IMG/VR virus record: IMGVR_UViG_3300047476_001057
Coordinates: 32,001-96,000 of that record
DNA length: 64,000 nucleotides
Origin: a virus
Strand: one strand, 5' to 3'
Below the pieces are notes generated by a model. The model was given only the letters and a program-made list of their open reading frames with translations, made no database searches and was not told the DNA's origin. Of this stretch, positions 19,748 to 29,234 are shown in pieces. Numbering within the stretch: the stretch's first letter is position 1; every line of letters begins with the position of its first letter. Made by a program: the position numbers and the translations under genes.

Positions 19748-22700
19748 ATGGCAATGAACAAACAAAGACGGACCAGTAATATACTGAACATAGTATCCTA
19801 TGATACTAGTGGTAATGTTACATTACCTGCAGGTTTGACTGTGTCAGGATTGGCGTCAGCTGGTTTTGTGAAGACAAACGCATCTGGTGTTATGTCTATA
19901 GATACTAATGTCTATCTAACTACTGCCGCTGATTGGTTTGGAGCCGTAACTACTGGTGGTACTCTTGACTTTAATCATGTTACTAATACAAGACCTGGTA
20001 CAGGATATACACTTTTGCTTGGTAGTGCTACCAATGGTCCAGGTAATGGTGGTATTTATTATCACACTTTAAACTTTGAGTATTCTTCTAAGAATGGTAC
20101 CGGTAATATATCTCAGTTTGCTATAGCATATGGATCTCCTGGTAACGACCTTAAAATGAGAGGTCGTTATGATAGTGTTTGGACCTCTTGGGTGACTTTT
20201 TTAAACAGTGGTAACTATAATTCTTACTCTCCAACACTTACTGGTGGAGGTGCGTCTGGAACCTGGGGAATTAATATTACAGGTAGTGCAGGCTCTGCTG
20301 CTGTTCTTAATGGGTCAGGTCAAGGAATAACTTATCAAGCTGGTGATGGTAGTCTTGTATATAGTTATGCTCATCTTACTACTGCAGCGGGAATATTTGC
20401 TACTAGTGATAATGCAAATGGTATTTTAACTGTTAGCAGGCATCCTGGTAATTATTATAGTCAGTTTGGCTTTAGTTCTAACGGAAATCTTTATTACAGA
20501 AACTTTGTAAACACTGCTATCAATACCAGCCAAGCTTGGAAGACTATACTAGATAGTGGAAACTCTCCGTTTGCTGCAAACATGAATCAGAATGTAAGAA
20601 CATCTGATAGTGTTACATTCCAGAATATTTCAGTACAAGGTATTTCTCAAAATGATATAGTAGGTAGACCATATGCTACTTGGGGAGCTACTAGTGCAAC
20701 AGGACCTGTTGTTATTAAGTTTCCAGGTACTAGTGCAAACTACGGAATGATCCATGCTGTCATTGACATCTACGAGTATACCTCAAATAATGTATGTACT
20801 ATTATAGTGGGAGGTCACAACTGGTCTTCTTACTGGGTTAACTATGGAGCACAAGTTTTAGGTTTTACTGATAAACCTGTAAGAGTAGCATTTAAAGATG
20901 GACAGTATTGCATAGTAATTGGTAACTCAACTTCATCATGGTCATATGGTCAAGTTATTTTACGCAAAATAAGCAATGGTCCATTCTATCAAGGCTCGAT
21001 GAACGTTAGTATAGGCTATACAGCAGCTATTGAAGCTGATAGTTACACCTGGGTATCTGAAGATCTGAGAGGGTTGAGAGTACCAAATATTATATCTGTA
21101 AATGGAAATACAGTACTTCATTCAGCTAACTACAATTCTTATGCTCCAAGCTTAACCGGATCAGGAGCTTCAGGAACATGGGGCATCAGTATTTCTGGTA
21201 ATGCTGCTACAGCAACATCAGCTACAAGTGCTACAATTTTAAACAGTAGTCACTATATTCAAAGAACTGGTACATCTGGTAACTATAATACAGATTTTAG
21301 TAACACACCAGTTGGTACGTACAGATTTCTTGGTGATGCTAACGGTGTTACAAATAATCCAGGGGGTACTTGGTGGTTTGTTGAAAACTTTAGGCACATT
21401 AATCCTGACAACTCATGGGGAACTCAAGTTGCTTGGGGTTGGGAAGATAATGCTAATAGGCTAGCTACCAGAAATGTTCAAGCAGGTGCTTTTGGTTCTT
21501 GGGTATATTATCTTAACTCATCTAACTATAACTCATATGCTCCTACATTAACTGGTGGTGGAGCAAGCGGTACGTGGGGTATTAGTATTTCTGGCACTGC
21601 TGCTAATGCTAACACTCTTGATAGTATAGATTCAACTGGTTTTGGAAGAGCTTTTAGTTCTAGCTATAGTTTTCACGGGACAAATGCTTCTATTGATACT
21701 GCTACTTTTATTAATATATTAAATAGTCAAGGAGCATTTAACCAACCGTATTGGGTAGCCCGTGGCAGCTGGTGTTATGCTTGTAACGGTTTTATCAATG
21801 ATACAGGTGTAGGTGCTATTCATCTAGCAGGATGTACTGTAGAGGTTATAGGTGATGCAACTAACTTTACCATACGTGTTCATACACCGACTACATCTAG
21901 TAGTGGACTTCCTAACAGAGAATTTGTGTATGTTCAAAACAGCACAGGGTACAGCCCTGGTTGGAGAGTGTTGTTTAATAATGTAAACTACACAGACTAT
22001 ACTGTTACAAAAACTGGTGGCGGTGCATCCGGTACTTGGGGTATAAATATAACAGGTACTGCAGGATCAGAAACATTAGCTACTGTAATGAGCAGAGGTG
22101 CTAGCTCAGGTACATACATGACATTGTCTGGAGGAGGTATTTTTTACGCAGGTCAATATTATTTTAGAAGTAATGTAGGAAGTACAGTTTATTTAGGAGC
22201 ATCAACTACTACTTCTCCACCCCTTCAAGTATATTCAGATGATGGTGGTCCTGCGTTTATGTCATTTCATAGGGCAGGAGTTTACGCTGTCAATATGGGT
22301 CTTGATCCAGATAGCGTGTTTAGAATTGGAGGTTGGTCTGCAGGAGCTGACAGACTTGTACTAGATATGTCTGGTAACTTGTCAGTGCCTGGTCTTATGT
22401 CAAATGCACAGAGTTATACTGGAGGATGGTTCAGAAATAATACAGCTAACACAGGTCTTTATAACGAGAACACCACAATGCATTTCTCTTCTAAAGATAA
22501 CGGTTACTGGGACGTTTCTTCTACAATGTCTGTATCATCTATCAGGTTTTTTACAGGTGGGCATGTGTATGCTGGAACACTTAGAGGATATGTATATGCT
22601 ACTAATAATAATGAGATTGGATTTTTAGATCAAAGCGGTAACTGGATTTTTAGATGCCTTACTGGGAATAGTTATTTAACTGGAACATTTACAGCAACTG

Positions 22701-23014
22701 GTGACGTAATAGCTTACTCAGATGCTCGTATTAAAACCAATGTTCAGACTATAGATAATGCTCTTGAAAAAGTTATCAGCATGCGTGGCGTTACATACAA
22801 CAGAACTGATATAGAAGATAAGTCTGAAAAAGTAGGTGTAATAGCTCAAGAGATCGAACAGGTACTTCCACAAGTGGTAACTAAGGATGATACCGGTATA
22901 CTAGGTGTTTCTTATGGTAATATTACAGCTGTATTGATTGAAGCTATAAAAGAACAACAGCTTAAGATAGAAGCATTAGAAAACCAGATAAGATTTATAG
23001 TAGAAAACAAGTAA
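19748..23014 (+). CDS. Tail fibre / receptor-binding protein with C-terminal intramolecular chaperone (peptidase S74)
   Basis: C-terminal YSDARIKTN...GVIAQEIEQVLPQVV...VSYGNITAVLIEAIKEQQ is the S74 autocleavage pattern (Ser codon at 22718). Knob-like domains are separated by repeats. Confidence 0.85.
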   Translation: MAMNKQRRTSNILNIVSYDTSGNVTLPAGLTVSGLASAGFVKTNASGVMSIDTNVYLTTAADWFGAVTTGGTLDFNHVTNTRPGTGYTLLLGSATNGPGNGGIYYHTLNFEYSSKNGTGNISQFAIAYGSPGNDLKMRGRYDSVWTSWVTFLNSGNYNSYSPTLTGGGASGTWGINITGSAGSAAVLNGSGQGITYQAGDGSLVYSYAHLTTAAGIFATSDNANGILTVSRHPGNYYSQFGFSSNGNLYYRNFVNTAINTSQAWKTILDSGNSPFAANMNQNVRTSDSVTFQNISVQGISQNDIVGRPYATWGATSATGPVVIKFPGTSANYGMIHAVIDIYEYTSNNVCTIIVGGHNWSSYWVNYGAQVLGFTDKPVRVAFKDGQYCIVIGNSTSSWSYGQVILRKISNGPFYQGSMNVSIGYTAAIEADSYTWVSEDLRGLRVPNIISVNGNTVLHSANYNSYAPSLTGSGASGTWGISISGNAATATSATSATILNSSHYIQRTGTSGNYNTDFSNTPVGTYRFLGDANGVTNNPGGTWWFVENFRHINPDNSWGTQVAWGWEDNANRLATRNVQAGAFGSWVYYLNSSNYNSYAPTLTGGGASGTWGISISGTAANANTLDSIDSTGFGRAFSSSYSFHGTNASIDTATFINILNSQGAFNQPYWVARGSWCYACNGFINDTGVGAIHLAGCTVEVIGDATNFTIRVHTPTTSSSGLPNREFVYVQNSTGYSPGWRVLFNNVNYTDYTVTKTGGGASGTWGINITGTAGSETLATVMSRGASSGTYMTLSGGGIFYAGQYYFRSNVGSTVYLGASTTTSPPLQVYSDDGGPAFMSFHRAGVYAVNMGLDPDSVFRIGGWSAGADRLVLDMSGNLSVPGLMSNAQSYTGGWFRNNTANTGLYNENTTMHFSSKDNGYWDVSSTMSVSSIRFFTGGHVYAGTLRGYVYATNNNEIGFLDQSGNWIFRCLTGNSYLTGTFTATGDVIAYSDARIKTNVQTIDNALEKVISMRGVTYNRTDIEDKSEKVGVIAQEIEQVLPQVVTKDDTGILGVSYGNITAVLIEAIKEQQLKIEALENQIRFIVENK
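20213..22057 (+). repeat. Four protein-level repeats NY(N/T)xYxxxxTGxGASGTWGIxIxG inside the S74 fibre
   Basis: Copies start at 20213, 21128, 21524 and 21986. Amino acids are conserved; codons are diverged. Confidence 0.85.
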
Positions 23015-23016
23015 GT

Positions 23017-23538
23017 ATGGCATTACAAAGTTCAGGACCTATCAGTTTGTCCCAGATCAATACAGAGTTGGGTAGATCTTCTACTGCAGCTATTACATTG
23101 AACACTGCTGAAGATGGTGGGTATGTTGCTATTAACAGCTGTTCTACAAACAAACCTTCTGCTACTAACCCGGCAGCCATGAGTGAGTGGTATGGATATA
23201 ATCATACTGCATCTTGTGGTATATCTTGTAGCTCAACTCCTTTTACTATTGACCCACCAGCATGTGGTGTTTTTGAATCTCAACAGGTAAATATTGGTTC
23301 TGCTACTGGAACAGTAACTATTAATTATACGTATTCATTAGCATCTGGTTTTGGATATCATGAAGGATATGTATCTGTTTTTTATGGTCCCGTAGATGAA
23401 GGAAACATAGTTGCCAACACTCCTGTTTTAGTTGTGCAGTCAGGTGGGACTACAACTATAAGCGGTACACTTAGTTTTACTGCCAATGGTTCTTACCCGT
23501 ATTACATTGTCAGATATACTGATTTTTACTGTTATTAA
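23017..23538 (+). CDS. Fibre-tip/adhesin-associated protein
   Basis: MALQSSGPISLSQINTELG N-terminus is typical of small proteins encoded just after S74 fibres. Confidence 0.6.
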   Translation: MALQSSGPISLSQINTELGRSSTAAITLNTAEDGGYVAINSCSTNKPSATNPAAMSEWYGYNHTASCGISCSSTPFTIDPPACGVFESQQVNIGSATGTVTINYTYSLASGFGYHEGYVSVFYGPVDEGNIVANTPVLVVQSGGTTTISGTLSFTANGSYPYYIVRYTDFYCY

Positions 23539-23549
23539 AACCTACACTT

Positions 23550-23888
23550 ATGCCAGGAATACTTTCTCTTACACTTGCTTGTCCCGTATTAAACACTGTT
23601 TATCTTTCAGGAGATGTTATAGGAACTAACTTAGAACAGATAAGATTCAGATCAAGAATAAACTCTTGTAGTGGTACTATTACTAACACAGGATGTCAGA
23701 TTGATATTAGTTATAATTGGACAGACCAGAGTTTTAACAGCGGAACCGCTACAGCTACGATTGCTGCAGGAGCCAGTCAAACCATTGTTACTCCATCAGG
23801 AGAACCTATTAGTAGTTTTAGTTTTAATAGTATTGCTTTTAACGGAGGCAGTTGTACAGGATATAGTAGTAGTATAAACGCTTGTTAA
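23550..23888 (+). CDS. Hypothetical beta-rich protein
   Basis: 112 aa, packed in the operon, 5 Cys. Confidence 0.55.
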   Translation: MPGILSLTLACPVLNTVYLSGDVIGTNLEQIRFRSRINSCSGTITNTGCQIDISYNWTDQSFNSGTATATIAAGASQTIVTPSGEPISSFSFNSIAFNGGSCTGYSSSINAC

Positions 23889-23920
23889 ATATTTTTAATT
23901 TTTAACCTTTATAAATCTTT

Positions 23921-24289
23921 ATGAAAACTTGGATTATTTTTAGCATGGACACTGCTCCCCAGGAAGGAGCTCTTTTAGACGTTGTAAAAAAAGTTTACTG
24001 GATTCGTCAAGGATCTCTAGTAGATCAAAACGGTAATACTTTTTACGGAGACTGTCATGGTTCAACAGTGTGTCCTTCCCCTAGTGAAACTGACTTTACT
24101 GCTTACGCTGATCTTACTGAAGCAACTGTTAAAGGCTGGCTTGATCAGCTGGTTGACGTTGAAGCTGTAGATGGGGTTATTGATGATAAAATTCACAAGG
24201 CTCAGTTTCCTGATATTGTACAGCTGCCTTTACCATGGCAACCTGAACCTGTTTTACCGGTACCACCTGCACCAGAACAGGGTGAATAA
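23921..24289 (+). CDS. Small fibre-associated phage protein
   Basis: VVKKVYW...DFTAYADLTEATVKGWL pattern, common next to fibre genes of aquatic phages. Confidence 0.55.
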   Translation: MKTWIIFSMDTAPQEGALLDVVKKVYWIRQGSLVDQNGNTFYGDCHGSTVCPSPSETDFTAYADLTEATVKGWLDQLVDVEAVDGVIDDKIHKAQFPDIVQLPLPWQPEPVLPVPPAPEQGE

Positions 24290-24297
24290 GATGTGTA

Positions 24298-24337
24298 TAT
24301 TTTTGTAAAGATCTACAATATAGATAGAATATATTTG
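24298..24337 (+). promoter_or_regulatory. Two matches to the Bacteroidota sigma -7 box TAnnTTTG
   Basis: TATTTTTG at 24298-24305 and TATATTTG at 24330-24337, in a 70-nt intergenic gap. Chance matches are possible in AT-rich DNA. Confidence 0.35.
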
Positions 24338-24360
24338 TAGAAGTTTAAACTAATATACCC

Positions 24361-24849
24361 ATGGAAAAAATCACCCTTAAATTGTTTGAGTTCTATAACT
24401 TAGATGCTGAACTCAACGGTGCCATCAATCAGCAGACTGGTGCCAAAATCTCTTCAGGTCTTTTGCAGGAAAAACTTCCTCTTGTTACCAAGTACTGGCT
24501 TTCAGACTTGGGCAAGAAAGTAGCTGCTGAAAAAGCTGCTATTGAAGAGCTTAAAAATGATCTTATTAAAAAATACGGAAAGGCTGACGACAAAGGTGGC
24601 TTTACCATTCCTATGCTCATTGACGAACTTGATGAAAAAGGAGAGATAGTAAAGTCTGTTAATGAAGACGGTTCTGAAGTGAGTAAAAAGATATTAAACC
24701 CTGATTTTCAAGCATTTGAGAAGGAGTTTAATGAGCTTCTTCAGACAGAAAAAGATCTGGAGTACAAAGGTTTCAAGCTTACTGAGTTTGAAAAAGTCGA
24801 AACCTCTGAAAACTACGAAACCTTTTTCCGTATGGTAATAGTAGAGTAA
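24361..24849 (+). CDS. Helical phage protein (DUF1617-like; possible fibre assembly chaperone)
   Basis: EKLPLVTKYWL...KNDLIKKYGKADDKG pattern; acidic; last gene before the terminator. Confidence 0.5.
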   Translation: MEKITLKLFEFYNLDAELNGAINQQTGAKISSGLLQEKLPLVTKYWLSDLGKKVAAEKAAIEELKNDLIKKYGKADDKGGFTIPMLIDELDEKGEIVKSVNEDGSEVSKKILNPDFQAFEKEFNELLQTEKDLEYKGFKLTEFEKVETSENYETFFRMVIVE

Positions 24850-24877
24850 GCCTGCTTTTTTGATATACGTTGTCTAT

Positions 24878-24907
24878 AACCACCTCCTTTCCAGGGGGTG
24901 GTTTTTT
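24878..24907 (+). terminator. Intrinsic terminator
   Basis: AACCACCTCC-TTTCCA-GGGGGTGGTT followed by a T run. Confidence 0.85.
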
Positions 24908-24927
24908 GTTTTTCTTGTAGAAATTCA

Positions 24928-24943
24928 GTATATTATATTGTAG
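24928..24943 (+). promoter_or_regulatory. Putative phage promoter motif, copy 3 (GTATATTATATTGTAG)
   Basis: Directly after the terminator, before the Cys-rich gene block. Confidence 0.5.
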
Positions 24944-24997
24944 ACCATCTAAAAAGAAAACTGTACTTCCGGAGTTTACCGGATAATCCTATATTCT

Positions 24998-26233
24998 ATG
25001 TTACCTACTAAGTCCAATACTGCTGAACAGGGCTGTGCTCCTGTATCCTCTAATTGTGTCGTATGGCAGGGTCCTGCATTGCCATGCCTAAACCTTTGCA
25101 ACGGTGACACTGTTTCTGATGTAGTTTACAAGGTAGCTAATGATCTATGCACCATCAAAGATGAACTAGATCTAACAGACCTGGATCTGACTTGCCTGGT
25201 CTCTTTTTGCTCTTCTACTAACCCTGCTCCAACTACCAAGACCCTGTCAGCAGTATTGGATTTTATTGTTAGAAAAGTATGTTGCCTAAGTACTACAATA
25301 GGAGGCATCACTCCAGGGAACAGCTACACAGAACCTAACCTGGCTTTACCCACTTGTTTACAGTATCAGAATGGTCAGGGTCAGACTGTTACTCAACTCC
25401 AGCATTCTCAGTATTCACTTACCCTGGCTCAGAAGATCTGCCAGCTGAATACCACCGTGAACCAGCACACTTCCCAAATCTCTAACCACGAGACTAGAAT
25501 TACCACTTTGGAGAATGCTCCAGGTGCTGTGCTACCTACGGTTACTCCAGAATGTCTGCTTACTCCAGGAACTCCTGTACAAATGAATGTTTTGTTGGAC
25601 GAACTGGAAGCTCAGTTTTGTACACTCAGGGGTGTACTTGGCACTAATAACGCACTGACAGCAGCGGCTGCCCAGCAGTGTGCTAACCTTGGTGCACAAA
25701 ATGCTCTTAGCCAGGCAGGTACGCTTTCGTCTCTTGCAGGATGGAATGGTAGTATTTCTAATCTGGCCCAGTCTTTTCAGAACTTGTGGATTACCGTGTG
25801 TGACATGAGGGCTGCTATAAATGATCTTAAGAATTGTTGTTCACAGGTAGATTGTACTCAATTTATTTTGAGCTACACTGCTTCTGCAAATAGCCTTCGT
25901 CAGGAGGTATACTTAGACTTTAATCCTGGTACAATTATTCCTGCAGGATTTGCAAACTGTTCTCAACTTGGATCTTTGGTTACTATATCAGATGGTGTAA
26001 ATACCAAGGAGTTCCGTGTTGATCTGGTAAGTCTTGCTTCAAGCACTAACACATTCACTGCTATTGTAGCAGGATCTGGTGTAACAGGAGTTGCTTTGAA
26101 TACATCATTGCAATATACAGTCACTGTAAATGGTTGTATTGTAAAAGATGGCAAGACTTGTGAAAAAGCTGTTGTAAGAACTGTGTCTGTTCCATGTCCA
26201 ATTGTATCTAACGTAACTGCTAGCTTGGTATAA
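24998..26233 (+). CDS. Cys-rich protein with coiled-coil segments, putative fibre
   Basis: 411 aa, about 22 Cys; heptad-like stretch QLNTTVNQHTSQISNHETRITTLE. Confidence 0.55.
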   Translation: MLPTKSNTAEQGCAPVSSNCVVWQGPALPCLNLCNGDTVSDVVYKVANDLCTIKDELDLTDLDLTCLVSFCSSTNPAPTTKTLSAVLDFIVRKVCCLSTTIGGITPGNSYTEPNLALPTCLQYQNGQGQTVTQLQHSQYSLTLAQKICQLNTTVNQHTSQISNHETRITTLENAPGAVLPTVTPECLLTPGTPVQMNVLLDELEAQFCTLRGVLGTNNALTAAAAQQCANLGAQNALSQAGTLSSLAGWNGSISNLAQSFQNLWITVCDMRAAINDLKNCCSQVDCTQFILSYTASANSLRQEVYLDFNPGTIIPAGFANCSQLGSLVTISDGVNTKEFRVDLVSLASSTNTFTAIVAGSGVTGVALNTSLQYTVTVNGCIVKDGKTCEKAVVRTVSVPCPIVSNVTASLV

Positions 26234-26234
26234 T

Positions 26235-26801
26235 ATGAATATAAATCTTAACTGGTCAGTTGGAGCAAGTGCTGCATCTCAGGATGTACAATACAAACTT
26301 GCATCTTCTTCAACATGGATAACTCATTCTAATGTTGCAGGAAGCATTACTACAGCTGGTATCACTGGACTTCAGGATAATCTTATTTATGATTTTAGAG
26401 TGGTAACTAATTGTACAGGAGGTACACCTTCACCAGGATCTGCCACTCAACAAATAAATATAATATGTCCTACGGTAACAACTACAGTTACTGATACTAC
26501 ATTTTCTTATAGTTTTTTACATATTGGAGGTTCTGTTACTTCTTATAGTGTACAGCTTTTAGATTCAGCAGGAACCACAGTTTTACAGACACAAAATCCT
26601 GCCGTTAGCTCTACAGTTACTGGAGTGTTTAGTTCTCTTACACAAACAACAGTATATGGAGTTAGGGTGACAGCTGTAGCCGGAACATTTAACAAACAAT
26701 GTTCTATTGTTTATGATACTACAAGTGCTACACCAACATGTAATCCACCAACTAATCTTACAGCTGTTTTAGTAGATGAGCAACCTCCTATTCAAGAATA
26801 A
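26235..26801 (+). CDS. Fibronectin type III-like domain protein
   Basis: LNWS...VQYKLASSSTW...ITGLQDNLIYDFRVVTNC is an FN3 pattern; a second FN3-like unit ends LTQTTVYGVRVTAV. Confidence 0.7.
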   Translation: MNINLNWSVGASAASQDVQYKLASSSTWITHSNVAGSITTAGITGLQDNLIYDFRVVTNCTGGTPSPGSATQQINIICPTVTTTVTDTTFSYSFLHIGGSVTSYSVQLLDSAGTTVLQTQNPAVSSTVTGVFSSLTQTTVYGVRVTAVAGTFNKQCSIVYDTTSATPTCNPPTNLTAVLVDEQPPIQE

Positions 26802-26815
26802 TAATACTATAAAAT

Positions 26816-27469
26816 ATGTCATGCGGTTGTTATAATAATGATCTTCCTTTGGTAAACTGTAATCCATGTGCAGATTGTGCTCCTTTACCTAATACACCGC
26901 TACCTCCCTGTGTAGGTGGTGAACCTTGTGAGGAGATTCTTGGCGTAGAATGTTCAGGATATACAGGACCTAATCTTCCTGCTTTTGGTATTTTGAACCA
27001 GGATAGATTGCTCACTATGCTTTTAAAGATGCATAAGGTTATTAATCCTTTGTTAGCTAATCCTATTCCTATTGTAAGTTATACAGCTACCTCTACTACA
27101 ACTACTCCTATGGTAGTAAGCTATCTTGGGCTAGGACCGGTATACACTTCAACAGCTGGTGCTACAGGTGCCGGTACAACAATCACTGTAGGATCTACAA
27201 CAGGTCTTGCTGTGGGTATGACGCTAACAGTACTTTCAGGAACAGGTGCTTTTGCTGCTAATACTACTGTAACCGGTATTATAAATGCTACTAGTTTTAC
27301 AGTTTCACAAGCTCCTTCAACTGCTTTATCAGGCGGGGCTACTATTATAAAAGCTGTGGGAAGTAACCACGAAATCTTTACCGTTACAGTTGTTCAGGGA
27401 ACACCACAAAGCTTTGAAGCTTTTGCTACATCACCAGTAAAGCTTTCTGGTACCGGAACTATTGTATAA
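26816..27469 (+). CDS. Protein with Cys-rich N-terminus and beta-rich C-terminal domain
   Basis: 8 Cys in the first ~47 aa; ECSGYTGPNLP resembles NCVVWQGPALP of 24998. Confidence 0.55.
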   Translation: MSCGCYNNDLPLVNCNPCADCAPLPNTPLPPCVGGEPCEEILGVECSGYTGPNLPAFGILNQDRLLTMLLKMHKVINPLLANPIPIVSYTATSTTTTPMVVSYLGLGPVYTSTAGATGAGTTITVGSTTGLAVGMTLTVLSGTGAFAANTTVTGIINATSFTVSQAPSTALSGGATIIKAVGSNHEIFTVTVVQGTPQSFEAFATSPVKLSGTGTIV

Positions 27470-27479
27470 AAACTAACCT

Positions 27480-27902
27480 ATGTCTTGTTCAACTTTTAAA
27501 ACACTTCAGGTTTCATTTGTAGCTCCAGAAATTGCTCCCGCCAATGGTTATTTGGTCAAGTGGAGAGTAGTAGGAGACACTCTATGGAATGAAGTGACTC
27601 AATATGGTAATCCTGTAACTATTGCAGGCGTACCAGCATGTTTTAATATAGAAGGTACTATCCAGGCAAATTGTGGTAATGGTAATTTTGGTCTTCCAAT
27701 AAACTTTGCAGCTACAGGTGGTACTACTACTTGCTATCAGTTTACGCTTTTAAATACAGGAAATTATACATATGTTCCTTGCGGACAGGTTGATCAAACT
27801 ATAACTGTTTCTAATAATATCAATTCACCTACACAAATTTGTGCAAAAGATGGTACAGTAACAGGAGGTTCTTTTACAAGAACAGTTCAATGTACTGCTT
27901 AA
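27480..27902 (+). CDS. FN3-like domain protein
   Basis: VSFVAPEIAPANGYLVKWR is paralogous to 27915. Confidence 0.55.
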   Translation: MSCSTFKTLQVSFVAPEIAPANGYLVKWRVVGDTLWNEVTQYGNPVTIAGVPACFNIEGTIQANCGNGNFGLPINFAATGGTTTCYQFTLLNTGNYTYVPCGQVDQTITVSNNINSPTQICAKDGTVTGGSFTRTVQCTA

Positions 27903-27914
27903 TACTACACTATT

Positions 27915-29069
27915 ATGGCATTTATACCAGTTACTCCTCCTACTAGTTCTAATAATGAGTGCCTTACATGCACTTCAACTAGAAGTATATCAGTTAGTTT
28001 TACTGCAGCAAGCCCAGCTCCTGCTAACGGGTATATTGTAAAATGGAAAAAAGTATCAGAGCCTATAAGTTCATTTGTTCAGGTGATACCTAATCCTACG
28101 GCATCTCCTGTTACTATTAATAATGTACCTGCTTGTGACGATATTGATGTAGTTGTACAAGCATCTTGTGGTCCAGGTTTTTCTAGTCAAGAAGTTACAG
28201 CTGTAGCAACTGGTTTAGGAGTTGCTTTAAAATGTGGATGTGGGTATCAGGGTGATATAGATAATATGAATTTCTATATTTATCCTTCTATACCTATTGA
28301 TTTTACAGGAATACAGAATGGCAGTACTATTACGCTTGCTTATGATTCTATAAGTAGAATTAACCGTTTTGAAATATATAATGTAACAGACTCAACAATT
28401 ACGGTATCATCAGGTTGGGCAGGTTTAGCTAACTATCCAGGTCCTTGGGGAGCATCTAACAATACACCTACTACAGGAGACATTACTTTTATATATGATA
28501 ATACTAAAACCTATGTACTGAACGTACAAGTGGGTGGTGCTGATCCTAATAATCAGACAAACGATGCATGGAGTGTAGTACTTGGATGTACTTACGTTGC
28601 TCCTCCTCCAACTTATTATTATTATCAAGGAACACTTTGCAGTGGAACCACTACTGAAACTTTCCGTTCAACTGTTAATAATCTGCATACACTGAATGTA
28701 GTGGTGAAAGCCAATGCTACTTCTATGAACAATACAGTGCAGTGTTTTAATCAGATTACCAATAACGCACAGGTTAATACCAATGATGTTATAGATACAT
28801 TTGCTAACTGTTTTATCTGTAATGGTAATGCAGCTTATGTACCTATTACTAACTTCTACAATCCTTGTACATTAAGTGCTACCGGTGGAATAACTGATGC
28901 TGATATATATCTTCCAAATGGTACAGTAGATGTAGCATTGGGTGTAACACTACTCACTTCTACTGGTGCTGCTCATACTACAGTTTCATTGATAGCTTCA
29001 TCTAATGGAGAGATATTTAATGTAAATGAGTTTGGTCAAGTAGTAAGTTCAACTAATCAATTCTGTTAA
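27915..29069 (+). CDS. FN3-like multidomain surface protein
   Basis: VSFTAASPAPANGYIVKWK N-terminal domain followed by beta-rich, Cys-containing domains. Confidence 0.55.
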   Translation: MAFIPVTPPTSSNNECLTCTSTRSISVSFTAASPAPANGYIVKWKKVSEPISSFVQVIPNPTASPVTINNVPACDDIDVVVQASCGPGFSSQEVTAVATGLGVALKCGCGYQGDIDNMNFYIYPSIPIDFTGIQNGSTITLAYDSISRINRFEIYNVTDSTITVSSGWAGLANYPGPWGASNNTPTTGDITFIYDNTKTYVLNVQVGGADPNNQTNDAWSVVLGCTYVAPPPTYYYYQGTLCSGTTTETFRSTVNNLHTLNVVVKANATSMNNTVQCFNQITNNAQVNTNDVIDTFANCFICNGNAAYVPITNFYNPCTLSATGGITDADIYLPNGTVDVALGVTLLTSTGAAHTTVSLIASSNGEIFNVNEFGQVVSSTNQFC

Positions 29070-29112
29070 AATAATAGTCAGTGGTTTTGTTGGTTTCCAT
29101 CTGACATAACAA

Positions 29113-29147
29113 AGCCCCGGTGTTTCTACACATGGGGCTCTTTTTTT
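29113..29147 (+). terminator. Intrinsic terminator
   Basis: AGCCCC..GTGT-TTCT-ACAC..GGGGCT followed by CTTTTTTT. Confidence 0.8.
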
Positions 29148-29166
29148 AACTATTGTTGATAACTTC

Positions 29167-29192
29167 TGTAGAACTTTTGTTTAAGTTCTACA
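29167..29192. promoter_or_regulatory. Perfect 10-bp inverted repeat, operator-like
   Basis: TGTAGAACTT-ttgttt-AAGTTCTACA, 42 nt upstream of the 29235 start. Confidence 0.5.
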
Positions 29193-29234
29193 TAATAGAA
29201 TTAATTTCATACACCGTATACCAACCCTAAACCT

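Noticed and set aside
29079-29105. Hairpin GTCAGTGG...CCATCTGAC upstream of the 29113 terminator
   Set aside because: Short and bulged; most simply part of the terminator or mRNA 3' end, with no evidence for a separate element.
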